Below, one piece after another: positions 9,308 to 18,756 of a DNA stretch of 64,000 bases; the first letter of the stretch is position 1, and each line of letters begins with the position of its first letter. Location: assembly GCA_045536845.1 (NCBI GenBank), contig JAZSOG010000011.1, forward strand, positions 34,172 to 98,171, in the 5' to 3' direction. The DNA is from Kiritimatiellia bacterium. Its GTDB lineage: Bacteria > Verrucomicrobiota > Kiritimatiellia > RFP12 > UBA1067. The position numbers and the translations under genes were made by a program. The notes below the pieces were generated by a model. That model did not search any database. It was not told the origin of the DNA and saw only the letters and a program-made list of their open reading frames with translations.

Positions 9308-11224
9308 TTAGCGGAGCGAGATTCGCGTGCCTACGTTCTTCCGCGAGACGACAACGGCGTAGGAGCCATCCTCCTGCTGGACGTCATATTGCACACGGAA
9401 GCCCTGCGTGACGCTCGCGAACTTTCCGGTGCGCATCCCTTCGTGATACTTGATGATCGGATACGTAGCGCCAAACGCGACCTTGCCGCCAGTCGTGACG
9501 GATAGCGCGCCTGCAAGCGAGACGGAGAGGTATTTGCCCTCGACCTTGGTTCCCGATGCATCAAGGCAACCGCAGGTGCCGTCGGAATTGATGGACGTCA
9601 TAAACGTTCCGCCCTCCTGCATCAGGAACGCGCGAAGCATCATGACGTTGAACGCATGTTCCATGTAGGGCATACGAATGGAACCACGACGGCCGCCGTC
9701 GTAGCCGACGAGCCCGGGCGCGAATACGCCCTTGTTGCCAACCATCACGGAGCAATTCACCGTCCCGTTCGCGACGAGCGCCACATCGTCGTCCGACATT
9801 TCGCCGAGCCACACGTTGCAGTTCCACTTGTTCGCTCCGTTCCAGATGAAGTTGATCTCGCCGTCGCCGGCCAGACCTCCAAAGTTGGCCTTGCGCTCCG
9901 AGTTCTGCGAACTCAGATTGCTGTTGCGCAACTCAAGGACAGCTTTCGGCGCCTCGAAAGACGACTGCAGGTAATAGGGCTTGCCCATCGGCGTCGAAAA
10001 GACGCCCGTGAAGCCAGCATACTTGGACTTGACCGCCCAGCCACCGCCCTGGTCCTCATGGACCAGCATCGGTGTAAGGACATCGCTGACGCCCTCTGTT
10101 TCAAAGTCGACCTGCATGCGCACATCGGTGTTGTTCGTTCCATCCGCCAAGACATTCGGCCTGCAAAGCCGCGCCTTGCCGTTCGAAACGGTCTTGCCGA
10201 ACAATCCGCCCGATCCCTCGCGGAACTGGCCGCTTTTCACGGTCACCGTATGTCCGCCGAGATCGCAGCTCGCACCCGAGAAGAGGACGGCGTTCACAGT
10301 GGCGTCTGACGCGAGGGCCGTGGCGTTGGTGATGCAGACGTTGTCGAGCGCGGTCGCGTTCTCGAACGAGTCGAGCATGGCTTCCTGCGGAATCTTGCGA
10401 ATGACGCCGTTTGCGTCAATCGTGCAAAGCGAGTGACCATAGCGAACCCCCATGACCGACTGATTGCCGCCAGGAAGAAGGAATTGCGGACAGACCGGAA
10501 TCTGCGAACCGGGATTGTCGAGTGTATCTGTGCCGCCAATCATCTCGACGGAATTCCTGTCAACAATCGTCACTTTCCCGTCGTTGACGAGAACCGAGGA
10601 GACGCCGGAACCGGGACGAGTCTCAAGCGAGGCGAAGGAGAAGGAATAGGCGCCATTTTGGCTGTAAACCCGCCCGGGGCCGCCCTGGAGAATCAGCTTT
10701 CCAAACACCTTGCCATCCTCCCAGCCGGAGTAAAGACATCCGCCGTCCACGAGCAGAATCTCGGTCGTTCCGCTGTTAGCGGGAAACACCTGACCGCTGC
10801 CGACGATTGCAAGCTGCTTGAGATTGGCGAGGTCCGTGATCTTCCCGTCGACTGTTATGTTGTCAAAGACGAGCGTACCGCCGCCGGCGCCCGCAAGCTT
10901 GGCATTGTTGTTGTTGACCTTGAGCGTGTAGCTCTTCGAAGGTCCGGGCGTGCGGAAGACGTGCTTGCCGACGGACGAGACAGTAAGGCCGTCGAGGGTG
11001 ACGCTCTCCGAAAGCTCGATGAACGAATCGGCATCGCCGACGACGACGCTCGACCCTTCGCCCGGAACGCCCGCGGCACCCGCGTCCGTGGTGGCCCACA
11101 TCGTGGAATCGTTCCATGAGCCGACGCCTCCCTTCCAAGTGTAGGCAGCGGCGTCCGCCATCGCGGCGGGCACGCCGAAAACAATCGCTGCAAGTATTGC
11201 GATCAAGGCACGAACAGTTGTCAT
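9308..11224 (-). CDS. secreted beta-helix repeat protein, C-terminal tail ...NVGTRISLR; paralog of 6178..7884
   Basis: Signal peptide MTTVRALIAILAAIVFGVPAAMA. AAYTWKGGVGSWNDSTMWATTD and LGGHTVTVKSG motifs. C-terminal region FASVTQGFRVQYDVQQEDGSYAVVVSRKNVGTRISLR aligns with FDSVTSGYKAKYNVEVEEDGVTYYELQLTKSSSGTIIIIR. Confidence 0.8.
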   Translation of the reverse strand: MTTVRALIAILAAIVFGVPAAMADAAAYTWKGGVGSWNDSTMWATTDAGAAGVPGEGSSVVVGDADSFIELSESVTLDGLTVSSVGKHVFRTPGPSKSYTLKVNNNNAKLAGAGGGTLVFDNITVDGKITDLANLKQLAIVGSGQVFPANSGTTEILLVDGGCLYSGWEDGKVFGKLILQGGPGRVYSQNGAYSFSFASLETRPGSGVSSVLVNDGKVTIVDRNSVEMIGGTDTLDNPGSQIPVCPQFLLPGGNQSVMGVRYGHSLCTIDANGVIRKIPQEAMLDSFENATALDNVCITNATALASDATVNAVLFSGASCDLGGHTVTVKSGQFREGSGGLFGKTVSNGKARLCRPNVLADGTNNTDVRMQVDFETEGVSDVLTPMLVHEDQGGGWAVKSKYAGFTGVFSTPMGKPYYLQSSFEAPKAVLELRNSNLSSQNSERKANFGGLAGDGEINFIWNGANKWNCNVWLGEMSDDDVALVANGTVNCSVMVGNKGVFAPGLVGYDGGRRGSIRMPYMEHAFNVMMLRAFLMQEGGTFMTSINSDGTCGCLDASGTKVEGKYLSVSLAGALSVTTGGKVAFGATYPIIKYHEGMRTGKFASVTQGFRVQYDVQQEDGSYAVVVSRKNVGTRISLR

Positions 11225-11352
11225 TTCATCTCCCTCTTGTTTTTGCTTTGAGGAGGATTTCCTCCCGACGGCAGAAATTATATTTTAAATTCCGCCGCCG
11301 TAGTTTCATTTTCGTCTACAATGTTTTTCGAAATCAAATCATAAATGGCAGG

Positions 11353-11390
11353 CAGAAAAAACAAGGAAGCGCGGCACATTTGCCGCGCCC
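11353..11390 (-). terminator. Rho-independent terminator after the 1013-aa glycoside hydrolase gene
   Basis: Minus strand reads GCGCGGCA-AATG-TGCCGCGC (perfect 8-bp stem, 11369..11388) followed by TTCCTTGTTTTTTCT. Confidence 0.75.
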
Positions 11391-11445
11391 CATTGTCCTA
11401 CACGATCTACACGGCTCAAAGCCGAGATCGCATATTCGGGACAAA

Positions 11446-14400
11446 TTATTCCGCCTCCTCCAAACGGAAGTTGCGGAAGGCAAGGCCGGAGTGCTCGGCC
11501 GGCATCATCTGGAACTGCACGGCGATCGAGATGATCTTGCGCATATGGTCCGGGACTGTTCCCTTGTCGATGCCGATCCAGACGGTCTCCCATGTCTCGG
11601 GGTCGTTGTCGGTGCGATAGGCCCAGCCGCCGCGCTTGTACATCGGAACGCGCCACCCGCCGAAGGCGAGCTTGCCGTTCTCGTCGCGTCCGTTCAGCTT
11701 GAGCTGGGGCGTCGCGTGGTCATGGTAGTTTCCGTCCGCGTCGGGGAGGCGGTTCATCTCAAAGTAGAGGCGGCAGTACTTGCCGGGCTCGACAGGGATG
11801 GACTCGGCGAGGTCCGCGTTGCCACAGCACCAGCTGCCGGCGGTCTCGTCGAGCGCCACGTTCCATGTTCTAGTCGCCTCGTCGTAGCTCGGATGCACGC
11901 CGCGTCCGCCGCCCGTGCGGGCGAACTTCGGGAACACCACTGTCTTCGGCTCCGGCTTCTGCACGGTGATCGCCGCGACGGTCGCGCCCGGCTTGCCCGG
12001 CGCGATGTCGATCGAGACGATCTTCTTCTCGGGCTTCGGATTCGGCCACTGGCGGATCAGGTACTTGTGCCCTTCGCCGTCCTTCCAGCCGACGACCTCC
12101 TGTCCGCTCTTCGCGTCGACCTCGACGGACGTCTTGTCGTCGTACACGACGCGGTACTTCGGCGCGGCCGTGTGGGCGAAGTAGACGTACGCCGCGCGGC
12201 TGTCGACTGCTATGCCCTTGACGGGCTTGTCGACCTTGATCACGTCTTTGAACTGGTTCTGGTCGAAGCGGACGAAGTCGAAGCGCATTCCGCGCCAGTC
12301 GGTGACGCCCCACGGAATCTTGAAACCGGGGTTCTGGATGTTGGCGAATTCGTTGAGGCGCACGAACACCATGCGGTTTGGATCGACGTCGAAAACGGGC
12401 TGGCGAGCCGCGCGCTCCGCTTTCTCGCGGGCGATTTCCGCCTTGCCGAGCTCAAGCGCCTTCTCCGCGGTAAGCCCCTGATCCCACACGACATCCGACG
12501 AGCGCGGATATTTCGCAAGGACATCGGAAACATCGCCGTACACGTAGAAATGCGAGCCGCCCGAAAGAACGAGCGTGTAGTAGCCGTCCGCATCGGGCTT
12601 GAGCGGCTGGCGATGGGAGACGAGATTGCGGACACGCGGATCCGCGCCAGCGACCGACTTGTCGTCGGGGAGCGTGAAGAGGCGCACAAGTATCGGCTTC
12701 TTCGCGCCACCAGGAAGAGGCGCGGGCTTAAAGCGCACGACCGGCAGCGTCGGCGCACGCGAAGTAATCATGTACGCGTCAAGTTTGCCGCGGCGGGCTG
12801 GCGTCACTTCGATCGAGGCCGCGGCGCTTCCGTCGTCCTTGATCGCGTCCAGCATTTCGCAGCACGGCTTCACGCCCTTCTTCGCGGCCGCCGCGAGAAC
12901 GGCGGAAACCATTTCAGCCGTCGGCACCTTCTCCTTGAACTCGACGAGCGAACCGCCCTTCGCAGCCCATTCGTCGATGCGGCTGCGCGTGACGGGATCC
13001 ATCGCCGCAATTCCGGCGAACGTCAGCACATCGTAGCGGGAGAGACGGTCGGTCTCGTTGATCTGCGGCTCGAAGATCACGTCGACCGGAAGGTGCGCAT
13101 ATTCGAGCGCCTGCACGAGCGCATCGAAGAGACGGTTGTTTCCTCCGCCGCACGCGAAGGCCTCGCGCTCGTTCGTCTGGGAGAACAGCACCGCCACCTT
13201 GCGCGGAACGCCGCGGTCTCGGGGCGTAAAGAACTCGTTGACGTCCTGGATCTCGCGCTTCGCGATGCGGATGCCGAGGAGCTGGTCGGTTGCGACCTTG
13301 TAAGGGCAGAGGAAGTTGTAGGCGCTGACCTTGCCGACCTTCTTGAGCGACTCCTCGGGCCACATCCGCCAGAACTTCATGCCCTTCCACTTGCCCTCCT
13401 TCTCCTCAACCTCATGCACGGCCCGCCAGTCGCTCGGACGGCGCGACCACTTGAACATGTAGCTCACGTTGTAGCCGCGCTGGTACTGGTCAAGGAAGCT
13501 CTGGCGGATCGAGTTCGTGGAGCAGCCGACGTACATCTCAGAGTCGACGATCGGCTTGCCGTCCGCGAGCGCGCGGAGAAGATGCGCCTCGACCGCGCCG
13601 CCGTGTCCGCCCGTCGGCGCGCAGACGACTTTGAGGTGGCGGTTCGCCTCGTAGAGGTCGATGCCGCGCGTGCGCATCGTGGTCGGCTGGAAGCACGCGA
13701 GCGCATCTGGGTCGACTTTGCGGAGCGCCTCCTGGCCCTCCTTCAGCAGCGACGAGAACTTCTCCTCTACGAACTTGATGCGGTCTGCGCCCTTGAGGTT
13801 CTCAGGGGCCCGCCCCTCCTCGGAGCAGGCGGGCTCGTTGAAGAGCTCGTAGCACCAGGGCTTCCAGCCCATTGCGATCGTGTCCTTCGCGCCTTCGGTC
13901 CACATCGTCTTCCAGACGTTGCGCCCTTCCTCGGTGACGATCGAATAGGGCATGAAATGGTGCCCTCCGGGCGCCTTCATCTTCTCGTCCTTGAGCCACA
14001 GCGCGCCATGGCTCCAGGTGGACGCGGTGAAGTCCACGTAGAGCGGAAGTCCGCTCGCGATCGCGCCGGCGTACTTCTTGTCGTCGCGGCGGCGGACCTT
14101 CTGGTCGGGGTTGAACTTGTGGAACCAGTCCATCGGCGCCTCGTAGCCGATCCCGTCGAGTCCGAGCCTCTGCAGGTCGTCGTATCCGGGCATCGCCTGG
14201 TATAGCCACTTAAGATCGTCGACATAGCCGGGCGTGTCCTCGTTGCACTCGAGCTCCGTCGAGCCGTACCAGATGGTCGCCGTGAAGTAGTGCGGCTGGC
14301 CGTTGACGAGAAGGTGCCCCTCCTTCGACACGCTGAACTTCGCGGCCTTCGGATAGAGCTCGGACCGCGGGATCGCCCCGAAAGGCACGAAGGGGTCGAA

Positions 14401-14487
14401 GCCAAGTCCCTTGGGATCGAGGTATTCGTCGGCCGGAGCAACGGCAGCGGCCAAAACAGCGGAAAGTGCGATCGACAGACGTTTCAT
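11446..14487 (-). CDS. secreted glycoside hydrolase, clan GH-A TIM barrel with a GH42-like A/B/A middle domain
   Basis: Signal peptide MKRLSIALSAVLAAAVAPA. Acid/base-type motif CYELFNEP. Candidate nucleophile context IVDSEMYVG. VAVLFSQTNEREAFACGGGNNRLFDALVQALEYAHLPVDVIF resembles the GH42 trimerisation/amidotransferase-like domain. The family assignment needs an HMM search. Confidence 0.7.
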   Translation of the reverse strand: MKRLSIALSAVLAAAVAPADEYLDPKGLGFDPFVPFGAIPRSELYPKAAKFSVSKEGHLLVNGQPHYFTATIWYGSTELECNEDTPGYVDDLKWLYQAMPGYDDLQRLGLDGIGYEAPMDWFHKFNPDQKVRRRDDKKYAGAIASGLPLYVDFTASTWSHGALWLKDEKMKAPGGHHFMPYSIVTEEGRNVWKTMWTEGAKDTIAMGWKPWCYELFNEPACSEEGRAPENLKGADRIKFVEEKFSSLLKEGQEALRKVDPDALACFQPTTMRTRGIDLYEANRHLKVVCAPTGGHGGAVEAHLLRALADGKPIVDSEMYVGCSTNSIRQSFLDQYQRGYNVSYMFKWSRRPSDWRAVHEVEEKEGKWKGMKFWRMWPEESLKKVGKVSAYNFLCPYKVATDQLLGIRIAKREIQDVNEFFTPRDRGVPRKVAVLFSQTNEREAFACGGGNNRLFDALVQALEYAHLPVDVIFEPQINETDRLSRYDVLTFAGIAAMDPVTRSRIDEWAAKGGSLVEFKEKVPTAEMVSAVLAAAAKKGVKPCCEMLDAIKDDGSAAASIEVTPARRGKLDAYMITSRAPTLPVVRFKPAPLPGGAKKPILVRLFTLPDDKSVAGADPRVRNLVSHRQPLKPDADGYYTLVLSGGSHFYVYGDVSDVLAKYPRSSDVVWDQGLTAEKALELGKAEIAREKAERAARQPVFDVDPNRMVFVRLNEFANIQNPGFKIPWGVTDWRGMRFDFVRFDQNQFKDVIKVDKPVKGIAVDSRAAYVYFAHTAAPKYRVVYDDKTSVEVDAKSGQEVVGWKDGEGHKYLIRQWPNPKPEKKIVSIDIAPGKPGATVAAITVQKPEPKTVVFPKFARTGGGRGVHPSYDEATRTWNVALDETAGSWCCGNADLAESIPVEPGKYCRLYFEMNRLPDADGNYHDHATPQLKLNGRDENGKLAFGGWRVPMYKRGGWAYRTDNDPETWETVWIGIDKGTVPDHMRKIISIAVQFQMMPAEHSGLAFRNFRLEEAE

Positions 14488-14501
14488 GGCGCGAGACCCC
14501 C

Positions 14502-16676
14502 TCAGTCAAGCATGTCGTGGTATTTGCCGTCCTTGAAACCGCGGCAGGTGCCGAGCGGAAGCCCAGCGCCATTCACGACGTTCCAGCCGCAGTCGAGGTC
14601 GAACCAGGCGTAGCGGAACGAGAACGCCTCCTTGACATCGGGATGCGAGAGCTCGATCGTGTCACCGATGATCTTCGCGTTGGCAAAGCGAAGCTTGATG
14701 CCTTCCTTGTCCTTGCCTTTCTTGTCTTTGCCCGTTTCAACGGGACCGGAGAGCTCGAAGCCCTTCACGGCCTTTCCGTCGCGCGTCTTGAGACCCTTCG
14801 CGTTCTTGAGGTGAATCACGCACTTCGGGCCCTTCCACTCGACGGACTCCACCTGCGAACAGCGTCCCTCGACATTCTTGCCGTAGACGTTCTGGAGCGC
14901 CCAGTTGGCGTAGCGCTCGCCAACCTCCTCCTTGTGGATCGGATGGATGTCGGGCTCACCGAGGTCGAGTAGCGAAATCGTGTCGCAATCGGGAAGCAGC
15001 GTCGCGAGCTCATTGAGCTGGCGGCGCATGTCGGCGTTCACGGACCACGTCGGCGCGTTCGTGTCGCCCTCGCGCATGCGCTCTACGGAGTTGGGCTTCG
15101 TGTCGAGCTGGTGCGGGCAGATCTCCGTGATGATCACTGGGAGTTTGTCCTTGTAGGTGAACTGCGCGCGCCATCCCTCGACAAGAGTCTTGAAGAAGTC
15201 GGCGTACTTGCCGTTCCCGAGGTCGCTACAGCCCTGGTACCAGACCGCGCCCTTGATCGCCATCGGATAGAGCGGATGGACGAGTCCCGCGTCCATGGTC
15301 GTCGCGCTGAACAAGTTGATTGCGCGCGCATCGTTCGGCTTGCGGCACTCGGGGTGATTCCAGATGTCCTTCGGCATCTGCTCGCCGATACATGCCTTGA
15401 ACTTCATTTCGTGCGACTCTGCGCGCGACGGCCAAAGCGCGATCGAGACCGGCTTGAGCATGCCGCCCGGCCTACCTTCCTTGCTTGCTGCATAGACCTT
15501 GTAGCGCACCGAAAGGACGTTCTTGCCGACGCGTCCATGTTCCTTGATGGGGACGCCGTAGCCGTGGTTGGGGTTGCCCGAGCCGCCGAAAGCATGGCCG
15601 TTCAGATAGTTCATGTCCTGCCCGTACGACTCACTGTAGCCAATGGACCAGTTCTTCTTGAGGTCGGCTTCCGTAAGCTCGAATGTCGCGCGCATCCAGA
15701 CCTCGCCGGTGAAGCCCTCGGGGAAAGGATCGCACTGGAAGCCGCGTCCGTCGATCGTAAGCTCCTTCCAGCTCTCGTCCTCGACGAAATCCGGGTCGTG
15801 GAGCGACGGCTTGGTGTTGACGAAGTTGGAAGCGGGGTCGAAGCGCTTGTTCCACTCGAAGATCTTCTTCTCGTATACCTCGGGTCCGCCGGCCTTCATG
15901 AAGTCGGTCCAGCGGTTGTACCAGAAGCCGGCAACGCCCTTCGCGTGGCCCGTGCCGTGGTCCTTCGCCCAGGCCTGGTCTATCCAGCCGTCGATCTTCG
16001 TCGCGCCCCACGAGGCGTTCACGAGGCCGATCGGGACGTCGAGCACCTGGTTGAGCTTCCAGCCCATCCAGTAGAGTGCCGCACCGTTCTTGCGCATCGA
16101 CTTGTAGGTCGAGGTCTCCCACTTGATTCCAATCGCGTCCTCACGAGGATACGGCGAGTTCTTGTTCTTGCCGTCGTTCATGAGAAGCGTGCGGATGTTG
16201 GGATTCCCCTCCGCCTTCTTGAGAAACTCCTCGCCGCCGATCGGGAGCCGCCCATAGCCCGCGAACGTGTAGGCCATGTTCGACTGGCCGCATCCGAACC
16301 ACACGTCGCCGAAAAGGACGTTGGTGATCGAGTGCGTCTCCTTGCCGCACTTGGCGGTGATCGTCGACGGCTTCTTGTTCGCCTTCTGCGGCGGGAGCTT
16401 CACGGTCCAGCGGCCCTTCTCATCCGCCGTCGCCTCGCCAACGGTCTTTCCGTTGAGCGCGACCGACACTTTCGCGCCTGGCTCGGCGAAGCCCCACACG
16501 GGAGATGCGACATCGCGCTGAATGACCATGTCGTCTGAGCAGACGGACGCGAACTTGAATTCCGCCGCACGGGATGTCAGTGTAATAAGGAGCGCAATCA
16601 CGGAGATTGCAATTGCCGCAATTGACGACGCCTCTACAAACGTTTCACGGGACTTTATGGAGTTTTGCGTTTTCAT
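14502..16676 (-). CDS. sialate O-acetylesterase-like carbohydrate esterase (SGNH/DUF303 type)
   Basis: N-terminal anchor or signal, then the hallmark GDVWFGCGQSNM block (Ser nucleophile in GQSN) of the sialate O-acetylesterase family. 724 aa. Only 14 nt upstream of the GH gene, so probably co-transcribed. Confidence 0.8.
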   Translation of the reverse strand: MKTQNSIKSRETFVEASSIAAIAISVIALLITLTSRAAEFKFASVCSDDMVIQRDVASPVWGFAEPGAKVSVALNGKTVGEATADEKGRWTVKLPPQKANKKPSTITAKCGKETHSITNVLFGDVWFGCGQSNMAYTFAGYGRLPIGGEEFLKKAEGNPNIRTLLMNDGKNKNSPYPREDAIGIKWETSTYKSMRKNGAALYWMGWKLNQVLDVPIGLVNASWGATKIDGWIDQAWAKDHGTGHAKGVAGFWYNRWTDFMKAGGPEVYEKKIFEWNKRFDPASNFVNTKPSLHDPDFVEDESWKELTIDGRGFQCDPFPEGFTGEVWMRATFELTEADLKKNWSIGYSESYGQDMNYLNGHAFGGSGNPNHGYGVPIKEHGRVGKNVLSVRYKVYAASKEGRPGGMLKPVSIALWPSRAESHEMKFKACIGEQMPKDIWNHPECRKPNDARAINLFSATTMDAGLVHPLYPMAIKGAVWYQGCSDLGNGKYADFFKTLVEGWRAQFTYKDKLPVIITEICPHQLDTKPNSVERMREGDTNAPTWSVNADMRRQLNELATLLPDCDTISLLDLGEPDIHPIHKEEVGERYANWALQNVYGKNVEGRCSQVESVEWKGPKCVIHLKNAKGLKTRDGKAVKGFELSGPVETGKDKKGKDKEGIKLRFANAKIIGDTIELSHPDVKEAFSFRYAWFDLDCGWNVVNGAGLPLGTCRGFKDGKYHDMLD

Positions 16677-16706
16677 GCCTAAGATTATATATCAAAATAC
16701 GACACC

Positions 16707-16739
16707 ATGATTTCAATTTCATCTATGATTAATTTCAAA
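16707..16739. promoter_or_regulatory. imperfect direct repeat ATGATT(TC)AATTTCA x2 in the divergent esterase/xylR intergenic region
   Basis: 16707..16721 ATGATTTCAATTTCA and 16725..16739 ATGATTAATTTCAAA, inside the AT-rich 116-nt spacer 16677..16792. Confidence 0.3.
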
Positions 16740-16792
16740 TTTAGATTTACCCGTTGCGCGTCGCCAAAAACTGTTGTAGACTATGAGGCGTC

Positions 16793-17995
16793 ATGAAAAA
16801 GCCAGCAGACATAAAGGACGTCTGGTTCATCCTCCCGGACGGGACGAATATCTTCGACTCTGAGTTCCGCGCGGGCGCGCTTTCAGTCGCACGCGAACTC
16901 GCCCTGCCAAAGGTGCGACTTTCCAACGAGACGCTCTTGCTGAAGAAGTTCAGCATCGAGAAAAGCGGCAAGAACAGCGCGATGGCAGTAATCGCACACG
17001 TCCGCAAACCCGCACTCCTAAAGGCGTTTGGAAAATCAGGCATACCGCTCGTCCTTCTCGGCGAGGAAGCGGTGGAGGACTGGCGCAAGGCCTTCGGAGG
17101 ACCCATCACCGTATGCTCGGTCGACAACGAGTCCATTGGCCAGATGGCAGCGGACTATCTCCACGAGCAAGGTCGTTTCGCGTCGTACATCTACGCAGAC
17201 GGATCGTCGGACCAGTTCTACCAATGGTGGACTTCGAGGCGTTACGAATCCTTCGTCGACACCTTGCGCGAGCACGGCTACACTGGCGAGGTCCTGCGCG
17301 TTCCAGTGCTGAACTCCTCGGCCCACACCGACGCCGAGCATTTCCTCAAGGCGATGGAGAAGATCCCGCGTCCAATCGCCGTATTCGCATGTAACGACCG
17401 CGCCGCGCGCGAGATCGTCTCATTCTGCCACTTGGCAAACCTCCACATCCCAGATGACGTAGCGGTTCTCGGCGTAGACGACGAGAAAGACCTCTGCGAA
17501 TCATGCCCCGTTCCGCTTTCGTCCATCAAGATCGAGCACTACCGCCTCGGGCGCACTGCGATGCACCTGATATTCAGGATGCTAGAGGGCGGCCCGCGTC
17601 GTGACAAGGTGATCCTGTGCCCGCCCGTGCGCGTAATAGAGCGCGCGTCAACGAAGAGAAGCACCCCGAGCGACAAGTTCGTCGCGAGCGCCGTCAACTT
17701 CATCCGCACCGCGCGCCTGGACACGCTCGACGTCATGGCAGTCGTAAAGGCGTGCGGCGCCTCGCGCAGCTATCTCGAGAAGCGCTTCAGAGCCGAGACG
17801 GGGCGGACGATTCTCGATGCCATTCACCGCCGCACCATGGAAGACGTGAAGCATCTACTTCTCGACACCGACAAGTCGGTTGCGGTCATAGCCCAGGAGA
17901 CGGGATTCCCGTCCGCCTCGGGTCTCTGCTCGATGTTCCGTCGTCTGACAGGACAGTCGACATCAGAATTTCGCGCCACCCGCCAACCGCGCTAA
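16793..17995 (+). CDS. XylR-like hybrid regulator (LacI-type periplasmic-binding-protein-like sensor domain + C-terminal AraC-family HTH)
   Basis: 400 aa. The central region VFACNDRAAREIVSFCHLANLHIPDDVAVLGVDD is typical of sugar-binding LacI/PBP folds. The C-terminal YLEKRFRAETGRTILDAIHRRTMEDVKHLLLDTDKSVAVIAQETGFPSASGLCSMFRRLTGQSTSEFR is an AraC HTH. Confidence 0.85.
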   Translation: MKKPADIKDVWFILPDGTNIFDSEFRAGALSVARELALPKVRLSNETLLLKKFSIEKSGKNSAMAVIAHVRKPALLKAFGKSGIPLVLLGEEAVEDWRKAFGGPITVCSVDNESIGQMAADYLHEQGRFASYIYADGSSDQFYQWWTSRRYESFVDTLREHGYTGEVLRVPVLNSSAHTDAEHFLKAMEKIPRPIAVFACNDRAAREIVSFCHLANLHIPDDVAVLGVDDEKDLCESCPVPLSSIKIEHYRLGRTAMHLIFRMLEGGPRRDKVILCPPVRVIERASTKRSTPSDKFVASAVNFIRTARLDTLDVMAVVKACGASRSYLEKRFRAETGRTILDAIHRRTMEDVKHLLLDTDKSVAVIAQETGFPSASGLCSMFRRLTGQSTSEFRATRQPR

Positions 17996-18000
17996 TAATA

Positions 18001-18128
18001 TATAGGCAGTGGCCGAAGGATCCTCCTCATGGACCCTCGGCGAATACGCCGTATCCATTCGCTCGGACCTTCGCTCCACTGCCTATGTCTATCGCATGCG
18101 CCCATAGCCTTCGGCCACCGGCTCTATA
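18001..18128. repeat. 128-nt inverted-repeat element filling the convergent xylR / response-regulator spacer
   Basis: Left arm TATAGGCAGTGGCCGAAGG (18001..18019) is the near reverse complement of 18068..18086 (CCTTCGCTCCACTGCCTAT) and of 18108..18128 (CCTTCGGCCACCGGCTCTATA). Confidence 0.5.
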
Positions 18129-18129
18129 A

Positions 18130-18756
18130 TTATGCGCGAGGCGGTATTAGACCGCGCTCCACGGCGCGATTCACCGCGTCTAAGCGGTCGCGGGCGCCAA
18201 GCTTGGCGAAGACGCTGGAAAGGCGAACCTTCACCGTTATCTCGCTGACCTCGAGCGCCTCGGCAATCTCACGGTTTTGCTTCCCTTCGGAAACGAGGCG
18301 CAGGGTGTCGATCTCCTTGTCGGAAAATGTGGGCGAGGCGGCACGACGCTCGTAGATGACGCGCACGGGCTCGGGGACATAGCGGTCTCCGCCTGCGACG
18401 GTGCGTATCGCGGCGACGATGTCGTCGGCCGCCTCGGTCTTGAGGACATACCCCTTCGCGCCGATCTCAAGCGAACGATAGATGTCTTCGTCGGTCCCGC
18501 TCGTAGTGAGCATCACCACTTTTGCCTTGGGGTTTGCGGCAAGAATCTCTTCAAGCGCCGCGATTCCGTCGGTTTCCGGCATCCTTATGTCGAGAATCGT
18601 GACATCGGGCTTTACGCGCGCGACGAAATCCGCGGCGCCTGCGCCGCTGTCGTGTTCGCCGACGAAGTCAAGGTCCTTGAAGAGCCTCACTGTGAACTTG
18701 AGGCCCATCCTGACAACCGAGTGGTCGTCTATCACCGCGACACGTATGCGCTTCAT
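18130..18756 (-). CDS. response regulator, NarL/FixJ (LuxR-type HTH) family
   Basis: MKRIRVAVIDDHSVVRMGLKF receiver domain with ...DVTILDIRMPETDG. C-terminal LuxR HTH KEIDTLRLVSEGKQNREIAEALEVSEITVKVRLSSVFAKLG. The ATG at 18756 overlaps the kinase stop (ATGA). Confidence 0.9.
   Translation of the reverse strand: MKRIRVAVIDDHSVVRMGLKFTVRLFKDLDFVGEHDSGAGAADFVARVKPDVTILDIRMPETDGIAALEEILAANPKAKVVMLTTSGTDEDIYRSLEIGAKGYVLKTEAADDIVAAIRTVAGGDRYVPEPVRVIYERRAASPTFSDKEIDTLRLVSEGKQNREIAEALEVSEITVKVRLSSVFAKLGARDRLDAVNRAVERGLIPPRA

Noticed and set aside
11116-14205. 1029-aa plus-strand ORF
   Set aside because: It is antisense to the 1013-aa glycoside hydrolase gene. The composition is dominated by R/A/V/L/D/G with no recognisable motifs, typical of a shadow ORF in high-GC DNA. 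The minus-strand product has a signal peptide and GH motifs.
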